From a virus (lineage: Duplodnaviria; Caudoviricetes), in the IMG/VR virus record IMGVR_UViG_3300037721_000031, positions 160,001 to 224,000 of that record: 64,000 nt of DNA, one strand, 5' to 3'. A program made the translations under genes and the position numbers. The notes beneath the pieces are model-generated. The model searched no databases and was not told the origin of the DNA. It saw only the letters and a list, made by a program, of their open reading frames with translations. Positions 5,837 to 15,072 of the stretch are shown here, piece by piece. The number at the start of each line of letters is the position of its first letter. The first letter of the stretch is position 1.

Positions 5837-6854
5837 TGGATTCGATGATAAAAGAAATAGTGACGGCCACGACACTGAACAATCGTCAGCGCTGCCGTCT
5901 CTACCCATAACAGGCAGCTTTACTTCCACTAAGACCAACTATGGTCTTAGTGGAAGTGGATTGTCGATCACATTCCCAATTGTAGTCAGGAATTATCAGC
6001 TCTGGCCAGATCCCTCCGGACAGCATTTGACATCATGTCTTGTGGACTAGACATCAAATAAAAGGCCATACACACAGGTCCCAGAATACTAACCTAAATC
6101 TCAGAGAACTTCTGATGAGGCTACCAACCTCAGCACTCTCACGAGTGTCAGACTCTTGCAAGATCTAATAGCTAAATATTCCTGGAGTCAAGATGATGGA
6201 AGAATATGATTAAAGTCATACCCGTATTCGTCTGTGGATGGCGAAACTGTTTACATCTATCGGATAAAAGACTACGTACAGACTCATTACTGTTACTCGG
6301 CTGTAGTATTACCGGCAACGTGTTTATCACTACGCTACCGATTCTATAAGCCTACATATTTGCCTGTACGTAGTAAAAACTGTTGAAAACACAATCTCAG
6401 TATCACGAGTAAATCTCGCCGTCTCGAAACGGCAAGACTGGTTGTTCGAGCAACCATCCAATATAAAGCTTCAGCAATATACCGAACAACTCATGATCTA
6501 GAGGCTGCATTCTCGAACCATTAGTTTAGTGGCTTCAACACTTGCGACTTTCGTCCAAGCTCCACCCTGCATCACCTAGGTTCAGACTTACAACTTGGCA
6601 GAAACAAGGAGTACCACCCCCTACGAATCTACCCATAGTGTTTCGATTAGTTGGTGCTAATCATCAGACCATATACCGTATTGAGAGTCTCAGTGTGTGT
6701 CTCCTGGACACACAACTCTCATAGTACATGACTCTTTAACACTTAAGATCAAATGACTCTCGGAAATACTCTCTGAGTCGTCTAACAAATTATAATGAGT
6801 TCGAATATTTTCTTACACATTTCAATCAAGAACAGCATACTTCTACACTATTCC
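5837..6854 (-). ncRNA. Large (~1 kb) structured ncRNA ending in CCA
   Basis: No minus-strand ORF of 60 aa or more; over 12 hand-paired helices; 5' GGAATAGTG pairs with 3' CACTATTTC; ends TCGAATCCA-GTTTT. Confidence 0.75.
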
Positions 6855-6860
6855 ACTTAT

Positions 6861-6876
6861 GTCATATGTGTTTGAA
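6861..6876 (-). promoter_or_regulatory. Putative phage promoter TCARACACA-TATNAC
   Basis: TCAAACACATATGAC; same motif upstream of genes at ~37575, 43305 and 52415; resembles the phiKZ early TATTAC core. Confidence 0.55.
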
Positions 6877-6887
6877 ATTTCTTTGAT

Positions 6888-7031
6888 TCAAGAAATAAGA
6901 TACAGATAACCAGCGAATGCTGTTAGACAAACAATCTTGACATAATGTTTACGGAGGATACCGTTAGCAGCCACCAATGTCAATCCACAGATATTTTTAC
7001 CAACCATAATTACAGTCTTAGTCAAACTCAT
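6888..7031 (-). CDS. Small hydrophobic protein (47 aa)
   Basis: My translation MSLTKTVIMVGKNICGLTLV...; below the ORF track cutoff. Confidence 0.5.
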   Translation of the reverse strand: MSLTKTVIMVGKNICGLTLVAANGILRKHYVKIVCLTAFAGYLYLIS

Positions 7032-7088
7032 TTCGTTGTGCATATGCATCCTTAAGAGTACTGCAGTAGATTACTAGCTATTACTTCA

Positions 7089-7412
7089 TCAAAGAGTTTT
7101 AAGTCGTTGCTTGACTTCTTGATACATTATACTCACACATGCAGAAATTGACCCCTCATAATCTGAAAGTTTATCCCTGAGCCAGGTGTTTAGTCCTGGA
7201 CTAAACTTTTGTTCTTCTCGAAGGTTATCAAATTCTTGCACAACCTTCATTCCAACTTTATGAAATTTCTCACAAACATCTTCGGCATGCGCAATCAGCA
7301 TTTCTTGTATATCGAAGCCGTCATACCTTTGAGCCTCTTTTATTGCTGAAAATGCAACTTTTTGCACATCAATTGCATGTCGTACCAGCTTCTTCAACTT
7401 CTTCATTCCCAT
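7089..7412 (-). CDS. Hypothetical protein
   Basis: Codirectional ORF. Confidence 0.7.
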   Translation of the reverse strand: MGMKKLKKLVRHAIDVQKVAFSAIKEAQRYDGFDIQEMLIAHAEDVCEKFHKVGMKVVQEFDNLREEQKFSPGLNTWLRDKLSDYEGSISACVSIMYQEVKQRLKTL

Positions 7413-7445
7413 GATATTTCCTAGTTAAACTCATTAAAGCGTGGC

Positions 7446-7769
7446 TTAAAACAAGCTATCTGCTGTCCCTTTGTGGTCTACCTTATTCTCTTTACTATCG
7501 CGGTAACAAAACACAATAACGTAAGCAAGATTAGACAAGGTGAATGCAGCATATAACGTTATAATAACTGCCACTGCATTATTCGTATAAACAACTGGAG
7601 ATTCTTCCGTGATACCTAAATGGTATCTGATGATCTGTGCCAATATAAGAACACACGGTGCTAGCGCTAAAGTCCAACTAGTAGCCAAAGCAAACAACAT
7701 TGTTTTACTTAGTCTTTTCCTTAAAGCTTTCTGATTAGCTAAAAGATTATTGCAGGTAGAGTTATTCAC
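7446..7769 (-). CDS. Hypothetical membrane protein
   Basis: Two hydrophobic segments. Confidence 0.7.
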   Translation of the reverse strand: MNNSTCNNLLANQKALRKRLSKTMLFALATSWTLALAPCVLILAQIIRYHLGITEESPVVYTNNAVAVIITLYAAFTLSNLAYVIVFCYRDSKENKVDHKGTADSLF

Positions 7770-8185
7770 AACGTCACCTTCCAGTTAGGTGATTGAAGAT
7801 CATGTTCTTTTTCAGAATACAGATGATTCCGAAATGTGATGTTGTAAACTGTATTCAGCTGCGCGGTGGAATGTACGAAGCTGATATCTGTTGTACCATT
7901 GATGAAATCAATTTCTTTGACTACTACCTCAAACATCAATCCAACATCAAATTCTCTTTGGAACGAGAGCTCGGCGTATTCCCTGAGCATTGTGTATAGT
8001 GGAACGAATGCAATTCTCAGCTTTGACACTCCGGGGTCATCAGTCTTGAACGAATTCATGACTGACATACATTCATGAATCGCTCGTGTCAGTCGCTTCG
8101 ATTCTGACTGAGAGATATCGACAACTCTAAAATTCTTCTTCATGATCTTGCGATTACTGGGCAATTGTGGGAGGCCGTGTTGCAT
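7766..8185 (-). CDS. Hypothetical protein
   Basis: Codirectional ORF with 4-nt overlap. Confidence 0.7.
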   Translation of the reverse strand: MQHGLPQLPSNRKIMKKNFRVVDISQSESKRLTRAIHECMSVMNSFKTDDPGVSKLRIAFVPLYTMLREYAELSFQREFDVGLMFEVVVKEIDFINGTTDISFVHSTAQLNTVYNITFRNHLYSEKEHDLQSPNWKVTL

Positions 8186-8224
8186 GATTGATTTCCTTTT
8201 TTACAGTGGATAACCGGTACTACT

Positions 8225-8608
8225 TTACTGTTGTAGTTCACCGTGAAAGATTACAGACTTACCTAGACTCTGTAGATAGGTTATGACTAGTGGTGCGAAT
8301 AAATGACGATGGCAGTAATCTCCTGCTTTGCAATAGCAGGCTAATGCCATTAGTTTATTGTCTGCTAATTTCCTCCACTCATCTAAGTTATAATCCGAAG
8401 AACTTATAACCTTGTCGTAGTACTGCTTAGTATATTCTTCTTTAGACATTAAACCTGCTTTATAAGCTCGCAGGTTCTCCCACGTAGGAGCGAATGAATT
8501 GATACCTGATTTTACCGTTACATCAATCAGTGCGATTCCGTTATCACGAGCTAATCGCCAAGCACCTATCTGAATGGTCCAGATATGATAATCTTTATCT
8601 TGAGACAT
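8225..8608 (-). CDS. DUF488/YeaO-like protein
   Basis: FAPTW..L..YK.G....EEY...Y and LACYC....YCHRH motifs. Confidence 0.7.
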   Translation of the reverse strand: MSQDKDYHIWTIQIGAWRLARDNGIALIDVTVKSGINSFAPTWENLRAYKAGLMSKEEYTKQYYDKVISSSDYNLDEWRKLADNKLMALACYCKAGDYCHRHLFAPLVITYLQSLGKSVIFHGELQQ

Positions 8609-8671
8609 GATTTAACTCGTATATAGTTTTACACTACATGAATTGTAGTTTATTGTATTTTCTATACTACG

Positions 8672-8719
8672 GCATAAACAGTAACGAAGTTCCAATACGG
8701 ACTTCGTTACTGTTTATGC
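8672..8719. terminator. GCATAAA-flanked perfect hairpin terminator
   Basis: 19-bp arms followed by T-run; member of a window-wide family. Confidence 0.75.
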
Positions 8720-8728
8720 TCTTTTTTG

Positions 8729-9031
8729 TTATACCCTGTCGACTGACGAATTAAGTGCAACATACCCTTTAATCTCAAAACCACTAGCGCAATAATGCAG
8801 AAGATCACTATTTGTGACGAAATCTTCGTGCTTCAGAACAACGCTGTCGAACATACCGTCATAGTAAACTTTTATTGTAGTGTCTTTTTGTGAAACTACA
8901 GATATGTGGACCCAGTTTCCTTCTTCAATACGTTCCAGTAAAGTTCTTGATTTAAGTAAAAGAGCTTTACATACATTCTTAAACATTTGCTGTTGAGATA
9001 CAGATGTATTATAACGAAGACAGAGTTCCAT
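8729..9031 (-). CDS. Hypothetical protein
   Basis: Codirectional ORF. Confidence 0.65.
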   Translation of the reverse strand: MELCLRYNTSVSQQQMFKNVCKALLLKSRTLLERIEEGNWVHISVVSQKDTTIKVYYDGMFDSVVLKHEDFVTNSDLLHYCASGFEIKGYVALNSSVDRV

Positions 9032-9044
9032 AACGTTAACTCCT

Positions 9045-9467
9045 TTACGGGCTACCCAGCATTTTTCCAGTTGGATCAGGACATCCTAATCGTGATACTT
9101 TCAGAGCTTCTTCCAGATCTTTAACTACTACTCCCTCAGGAGTACACCAACCCCAAACCTCGTTAGCGTGCTTTTCAACAGCGAGCGGGTTATCATCAAT
9201 CCAAATATTTATTCGAATGCCGAGAGATTCAGTTACTTTACGTTTAGCTTGCCGTCCGGTACAGATAATACCATCTACTTCTTTCAGGAAGTGATCTGGG
9301 ATAGCTCTGTTAGGAAAGTTAGGATCATTAACTTCGCTTTCATAACGCATAGTCACTACGTAGACTTTATGACCGCTAGCTCGAGCAAGTCTTACGAACA
9401 TGAGCCAGAGATTAATGTCCTCAGATACAGTACCATCATAATCTAGGCCGATAGTGAGTGTCTTCAT
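9045..9467 (-). CDS. Minimal HAD-superfamily phosphatase
   Basis: IGLDYDGT motif I, VVTMR motif II, WIDDNP motif IV. Confidence 0.8.
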   Translation of the reverse strand: MKTLTIGLDYDGTVSEDINLWLMFVRLARASGHKVYVVTMRYESEVNDPNFPNRAIPDHFLKEVDGIICTGRQAKRKVTESLGIRINIWIDDNPLAVEKHANEVWGWCTPEGVVVKDLEEALKVSRLGCPDPTGKMLGSP

Positions 9468-9513
9468 AATTACCTGGTTAAGTATGAGAGAAAAGTGGTA
9501 AATTAGTAAATTG

Positions 9514-10227
9514 TCAGTGTTCGTAACTGATTGGTATCACTTCAAATTCTTCATCATCGTCAACATACTCGTCAGCACGATGAAGTTCAGACTCGTCAGC
9601 GCCAAGAGTTTCAATGAGTTCAGCGTCTGCAGATATAGCGCTTAAGTTAAGCATGATGCTGATAAGTTGATACTTATTATTAGAATTATAAAACAGTATA
9701 ATCAACTCACCATCGTTAGTTTCATGCGTATCAAAAAAGACGTAACTGTGCTGCTGAGTACTGTTAATTACTCCGATGATCGCATAAATGAAATCAGAAT
9801 TTTGACACTCATGTCTTCGAGCATGTTCATACATTACTTCTTGAGGATCGCTGTCTAAACGCTCATATCTTTCGAACTCTAAAGGCTTATCTAAAAAAGT
9901 AACAGACATGAAAATTCTGTTGTGCGGAGAATTCTCATTATCGTCACGACAACGTCGAATGTCACTAGAGAAGAAAGCCTGTTCTCCAACATTGTTAGGA
10001 GTTAATTCTCGTCGACTGTCACCATCAACACATAGCCAATCAGTCATGTGTATTGAACAATTACGAAAAAAACTAACACCTGTTTGAATAATTGGGATGG
10101 CTTCTCTAGTGCATGCATTTGGTATAAAACTTAATAGCTCATCCAGTCTGTCATTCTTGACATCTTTAGAGTTCAGAGCGTAATCAAGCATATCTGAAAG
10201 ATTCATGTAAACTCCATGTCGTAGCAT
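9514..10227 (-). CDS. Hypothetical protein with acidic tail
   Basis: 237-aa codirectional ORF. Confidence 0.7.
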   Translation of the reverse strand: MLRHGVYMNLSDMLDYALNSKDVKNDRLDELLSFIPNACTREAIPIIQTGVSFFRNCSIHMTDWLCVDGDSRRELTPNNVGEQAFFSSDIRRCRDDNENSPHNRIFMSVTFLDKPLEFERYERLDSDPQEVMYEHARRHECQNSDFIYAIIGVINSTQQHSYVFFDTHETNDGELIILFYNSNNKYQLISIMLNLSAISADAELIETLGADESELHRADEYVDDDEEFEVIPISYEH

Positions 10228-10323
10228 TTTCTAGTATCTTGTTGAAAAGTATATGACTGTACAGTCCTACATAAAGTAAGTAGTCGTCATATACTTTCAT
10301 GCTCTAAACATTTAATTTATAAG

Positions 10324-10581
10324 TCACCCGTTATAATTCACGGCTTCTTGATTAAAGTACTCACTAAAACGTGAGAACGAAATCATTTCAAGCATAAATT
10401 CGCATTTATTTTTAAAGTCTTCGTATGCTTCAAAATAATTATTAAAATTAGCATTTTCATCGATAGTAAAGCGACTACCAGAAAATAGTACTTTAAAATC
10501 GTAACCTGTTCCTGTTTCTTTCGAAAGTAAACAGACATTATCACCCAGTAGCTCAAACTTTGAAATAAGCTTAAACGTCAT
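10324..10581 (-). CDS. Hypothetical protein
   Basis: Codirectional ORF with SD. Confidence 0.65.
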   Translation of the reverse strand: MTFKLISKFELLGDNVCLLSKETGTGYDFKVLFSGSRFTIDENANFNNYFEAYEDFKNKCEFMLEMISFSRFSEYFNQEAVNYNG

Positions 10582-10598
10582 GTAGGACCTTCTATATC

Positions 10599-11204
10599 TT
10601 AAAATGGCAACTTATGTTCGTCCATCTGAGGACAACAGTAATTCTGTCTATTACCATAATGTTCATCGATCTCTTGCGTATCTAGAGTAGAATTTGTATC
10701 GTAAAAATGAACTCTAGGTATAACGATCTTACACTCAGCTGTGATAAGATTTACTTCCATCAAGAATCTACGGTAATGGACGTTAGCCTTACTGTCTGAT
10801 TCACCACCAACATGCCACATTAAGGTGTCGGAGTTTGTACGATGAAACTCTTTACTAGAGTCTTCTCCTGGAAGAAGGGTATCTGCCCACTTAAATGTAT
10901 CTTCTAGTGACACATTTTCTGTTTTAGGAATACAAGACCAGAAAGCTAACTTCCAAGCATTATCTTGTAATTGTGGGTTTTGTTTTACTAACGGCTTCAC
11001 TCTGCAGCCAGATTTTCTATCACCGTTATGAGCCCATCCGCGGTCAGTATATGTGGCCTTAGGGTCTGCATCACGCATAGGCCGGTACCCGTCAACAGGC
11101 CAATGATGGTAATGAGGTTTATCAGTCCACAGTAAGAAGTGACGCCATCCACCCATCATAACTTCATGGTTATATGGCCTAGTAATATATATTAGCAAAT
11201 TCAT
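10599..11204 (-). CDS. Hypothetical protein
   Basis: 201-aa codirectional ORF. Confidence 0.7.
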   Translation of the reverse strand: MNLLIYITRPYNHEVMMGGWRHFLLWTDKPHYHHWPVDGYRPMRDADPKATYTDRGWAHNGDRKSGCRVKPLVKQNPQLQDNAWKLAFWSCIPKTENVSLEDTFKWADTLLPGEDSSKEFHRTNSDTLMWHVGGESDSKANVHYRRFLMEVNLITAECKIVIPRVHFYDTNSTLDTQEIDEHYGNRQNYCCPQMDEHKLPF

Positions 11205-11242
11205 CTCCTAGTAATAAGTCAGCAAAACGTCAAGATACGTTA

Positions 11243-12169
11243 TCATACACAATCATCCTGACAGGAGCTAACTTCCAAATTTTGCAGAAGAATACCGTAG
11301 TCTTTATCAAGGAATTCATTAAACTTATTTAAGAATGCTGAAAACTCCTTGTTTATAAGGCGATTGACTAAGTTAATATCCATATTAGATTTATTAAGAT
11401 TATAGATATTTTGCACAGTCACATTGTACAATTGCTCTAGAGCTGTAGGTGTCTTACGAATTAAAGAGATTCTGTGACGTGTTTGAATTTCTGATGTCTG
11501 ACGGTTCATCCCATCTTTCATCTTCTTCAGATCTTCTGCCGAGTATGTCACTTGTGTTTGTACAAAACAAATCATACGCTGACAAAAGCTAGTAAGATAC
11601 AGTGGTGGAGAAGCCACATCAGGCTCAGGAATGACTCCTCGAAGAGCATGCGTGATTGTCCAGTATTTCACACCATCTCTAACTATACGGTACCATACTT
11701 CAAATACCTTATTAGAATTCTTTTCTTTGAGAACCAGTTTTTCTTTTGTAATGATCATGACCTTATCATGACCTACAGTCATTTCCAACCTTACTTCTTT
11801 AGACTGGTTTACTTTAGATACGGTGATAGCAATAGCGCTGATGAAGCCGGAGCTTCCTGGTTGTACGCTTGTATCGTAACGACGACCGGCAGACATGTAC
11901 GCTTGATGAAATACAGTGCTGTAAATGGTGATATCACCTTCCACAATGTCCTCTGCCCACTGGATAGCGCCAACAGGATAGTTACATCCTTCTTCAGTGA
12001 ACCATTCTGCCTGAGGCTCCAGCATTACCTCCATTGGAAGACAACGTTGCTTTTGAAGCTCTACAAACTTCTCAACACTAATCATCTTACTCATGGCGAC
12101 ATGAGCAGATACTTGATTTACGGATGGATTGTTAGAAACTTGATTAGTAGTCATGATTTTCCACAGCAT
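11243..12169 (-). CDS. Hypothetical protein
   Basis: 308-aa codirectional ORF. Confidence 0.7.
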   Translation of the reverse strand: MLWKIMTTNQVSNNPSVNQVSAHVAMSKMISVEKFVELQKQRCLPMEVMLEPQAEWFTEEGCNYPVGAIQWAEDIVEGDITIYSTVFHQAYMSAGRRYDTSVQPGSSGFISAIAITVSKVNQSKEVRLEMTVGHDKVMIITKEKLVLKEKNSNKVFEVWYRIVRDGVKYWTITHALRGVIPEPDVASPPLYLTSFCQRMICFVQTQVTYSAEDLKKMKDGMNRQTSEIQTRHRISLIRKTPTALEQLYNVTVQNIYNLNKSNMDINLVNRLINKEFSAFLNKFNEFLDKDYGILLQNLEVSSCQDDCV

Positions 12170-12220
12170 TAATTAGTTACGGCATAAAGAGAGTTCTTGA
12201 CTCTCTTTACTTACAGGGTA

Positions 12221-12556
12221 TTAAGACGCAGTTACTGACTTCTGTTCTGAATGAGTAAGCTCTTGCAGTTCACTATCCTTGTTAGGCCACCCATTAATTG
12301 CTTTGACTAGACTGGTAATAACTTTCTCGTAATCACCATCTACTCTGAAGTAAGATCCCAATATATCCTTCATCCAAGCCATCCCGTACCTACTCTGCTG
12401 AATAGTCACGTGAGTGTTCAATATTTTAGAATTCCACATTCTCCGAACTATCTCGTGCGACTTATTCCGATCATCGCTGAGTGTACCTGCCAGGTGACCA
12501 ATCAGCTTATTAAAAGACACAATAGCCGCTTGATTATTTTCTTGAGTTGACGACAT
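12221..12556 (-). CDS. Hypothetical protein
   Basis: ORF with SD AGGAG. Confidence 0.7.
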   Translation of the reverse strand: MSSTQENNQAAIVSFNKLIGHLAGTLSDDRNKSHEIVRRMWNSKILNTHVTIQQSRYGMAWMKDILGSYFRVDGDYEKVITSLVKAINGWPNKDSELQELTHSEQKSVTAS

Positions 12557-12741
12557 GAGTTCTCCTGATTAGTAGGTAGGAGGTAATGAGAGTATGTGTA
12601 GGTGAATCAATACATTTGAAGTATCTGTATTCTTTTACAATCCATGATATGGGAGTTTATCGATAGTTTATATCTTAAAGAGTATAAACTCTTATAAAAT
12701 ACACTATAAGAAATACCTAAACTTTCTACAAAGGAAATATC

Positions 12742-12999
12742 ATGAAATTTGAACTGATTGAAAATTGGAAAACCTTTTACAAGATGTATTCCATGTGGGC
12801 ATTCGTGATCCTGGGTCTTACCCCGGATCTCTATAATCTCGCAGTGCAATACCATATGGTTGATGGTAGCAGCGCTCCTGCTGCTCTTGCTGGTATGATC
12901 AATACCCTTGCTTTTGCTGGCGCAGCATTGCGTCTCGTTAAGCAAAAGAAGTTAGAAGCTGATGTGGCTGAAGCTGCTGAACGTCCTGTTAGCAAGTAA
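12742..12999 (+). CDS. Holin-like membrane protein
   Basis: LIENWK.FYKMYSMW N-terminus, 2 TM segments, charged tail, SD AAGGA. Confidence 0.65.
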   Translation: MKFELIENWKTFYKMYSMWAFVILGLTPDLYNLAVQYHMVDGSSAPAALAGMINTLAFAGAALRLVKQKKLEADVAEAAERPVSK

Positions 13000-13059
13000 T
13001 ATCTTGTGTTTGTAAATAGTGGTGGGATTTCCCACCACTATTTATGCCGCATGACTTAT

Positions 13060-13842
13060 TTACTTTCTGTATCGGAGAATGATGTCTTTAACAATTGCAT
13101 TCCTGACTATTTCGTCTTCATCAAACTCACAGACACAATAGTCTTGCATTCCACGCAATCTCTCCAACATATCCACTAGGCCAGATGTTTCAGTTATGTC
13201 TATCTGTCCAATATCACCGTCCACAACTACAGTGCAGTCGTTACCTATACGGGTCAAGAAGGTCAGCATTTCCTTATTAGTAGTGTTTTGTGCTTCATCC
13301 AGAATCACAAAAGCATTCTCAAATGTACTACCGCGGAGATATTCCAGAGGAGCTATTTCAATCTGTCCGTTTTTAATCATGTTCTCTACATGACTGACAC
13401 CCAGACGCTTCTCAAGAATTACACGAACTGGCTTAAAGTACGGAGCCCACTTATCTTCGATCTCACCAGGCAAGAAACCCAGACCTCTACCTGATTCAAC
13501 AGCTGGCCTACAGATAATGATTTTAGATATCTTCTTTTCCATTAACAGCATTGACGCTGTAGTTACAGCTATGTGCGTTTTACCGGTACCAGGGGGACCT
13601 ATACCTATTGTTAAGGTATGTGACAGAATCATCTGGTGATATGTTTTTTGCTTCGGGGTCTTGTACTGAATTGGTCCTGTCTGTATGCTCTCATTGCGCA
13701 ATGAAGCGATATATGAGTGTGACTGCTGATTACCTATACCTGAGACAATGTTTCTTCCTTCACGCTTTGCTGATCGCTGTTCGCGACGCTCTGCTCTTGT
13801 GATGACACTGGAAGACCGTTTACCCCGTTGGAACTTTGCCAT
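13060..13842 (-). CDS. phoH: PhoH-like ATPase
   Basis: GPPGTGKT, RPAVESG..LGFLPG, LRGSTF, ILDEAQN motifs; start set at MAKFQ. Confidence 0.95.
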   Translation of the reverse strand: MAKFQRGKRSSSVITRAERREQRSAKREGRNIVSGIGNQQSHSYIASLRNESIQTGPIQYKTPKQKTYHQMILSHTLTIGIGPPGTGKTHIAVTTASMLLMEKKISKIIICRPAVESGRGLGFLPGEIEDKWAPYFKPVRVILEKRLGVSHVENMIKNGQIEIAPLEYLRGSTFENAFVILDEAQNTTNKEMLTFLTRIGNDCTVVVDGDIGQIDITETSGLVDMLERLRGMQDYCVCEFDEDEIVRNAIVKDIILRYRK

Positions 13843-14059
13843 AGAATGATACTTTCTATAAAGACTACCGCGATGCAAAATGAGATCCGAACCCACTCAT
13901 TCACAGTATCTATGCAACCGTTTTATCTTAATAAAAAGTACTTAATTCTATGATCCGACGCGATTATGAATTTGGTATCTTTATCTTATTTAGTAAAAAA
14001 TATTCTTTAAAATAGACTTTAATAGCCAGGGTAGTTTCCCTGGCTATTATGCCGTAATA

Positions 14060-14428
14060 TCAAACGGATAGCTCGCCATAGTCATTATAAACATCACAGA
14101 TCTTCATGATACTGAGCTTTGTAGCGTCACATGCTAGAAGTGAACTAGCGTTACATGACTGAATGAGATTTGTAGCATTGGATACAGCACGGTGTTCGAT
14201 AAGCTTAATAAATCTATCTTTACTAAGCCTAGCTTCTTCCAATGTTACTTTTATTGCAACACTCAGCTTACTTGTCTTACTGAGAGTTGGTTTGAATGGA
14301 ACAATACTGTTAGTCACTAACTCTAGATCAACTAAGTACAAGTGTCCAACGACATTAGATTTGTCAAGACCGAGAAACCTCTTAAACAAAGTAAGTTTCT
14401 TTGAAAAATAATTTAGAACAGTATTCAC
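14060..14428 (-). CDS. Hypothetical protein
   Basis: Codirectional ORF. Confidence 0.65.
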   Translation of the reverse strand: MNTVLNYFSKKLTLFKRFLGLDKSNVVGHLYLVDLELVTNSIVPFKPTLSKTSKLSVAIKVTLEEARLSKDRFIKLIEHRAVSNATNLIQSCNASSLLACDATKLSIMKICDVYNDYGELSV

Positions 14429-15048
14429 AATCCTACCCTTCCAAGTAAAGTCTTATATTCTCGTGCAATTACTGGATAACACATCGTCAGTTCTACGGTC
14501 TGTAGACCATTTGACATTTTAATCTTGAAACTTGAGTTTTCTGTCTTAACATCATCAAGTCTAATCATCAAAGTTCGATACTGATAGACCTCAGCGTAAA
14601 CGCTAATAAAGTATAAAAGGAACGAAGCAAGCGATGACAACTTTTCATCTTCTTGAATCCACTGCTTGTAGTACTGTTCTGCAGCGTATATTGAATTCTC
14701 AGGAGTAGGCTCCCTTTTCAATACATTTTCCTTTTCTCTTTCTGTAGCGGAGTAAATACGCAGTGATCCAAACTCAGGCATTCTGATCTGATCATCAGTG
14801 CGTCTAAGTAGGTTAAGATGATTATCTAGCATCTTAACTACAAAACCACTATCATCACTCGTGTAACTATACGCAATTACAGAACAACCAATAGGTCCAT
14901 TCATGTCTGCCAAAGTATCAATATAGTCAAGAAGTGCTTCTCTGTGCTGCAGAGAAAATTGTTGATTATTAATAGACAAAAACTTGTTGATATACTCATT
15001 TCGACAGTCTTCGATTGAGCTACCGACATTACCGTTATTGATACTCAT
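14425..15048 (-). CDS. Hypothetical protein
   Basis: 207-aa codirectional ORF. Confidence 0.7.
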   Translation of the reverse strand: MSINNGNVGSSIEDCRNEYINKFLSINNQQFSLQHREALLDYIDTLADMNGPIGCSVIAYSYTSDDSGFVVKMLDNHLNLLRRTDDQIRMPEFGSLRIYSATEREKENVLKREPTPENSIYAAEQYYKQWIQEDEKLSSLASFLLYFISVYAEVYQYRTLMIRLDDVKTENSSFKIKMSNGLQTVELTMCYPVIAREYKTLLGRVGL

Positions 15049-15072
15049 GGTTTACCTTGAATGGTTACCGAA

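Noticed and set aside
6640-6667. Hammerhead-like CUGAUGA...GAAAC
   Set aside because: Stem II only forms by consuming G8/A9 of the core, and no stem I or III with an NUH site can be built.
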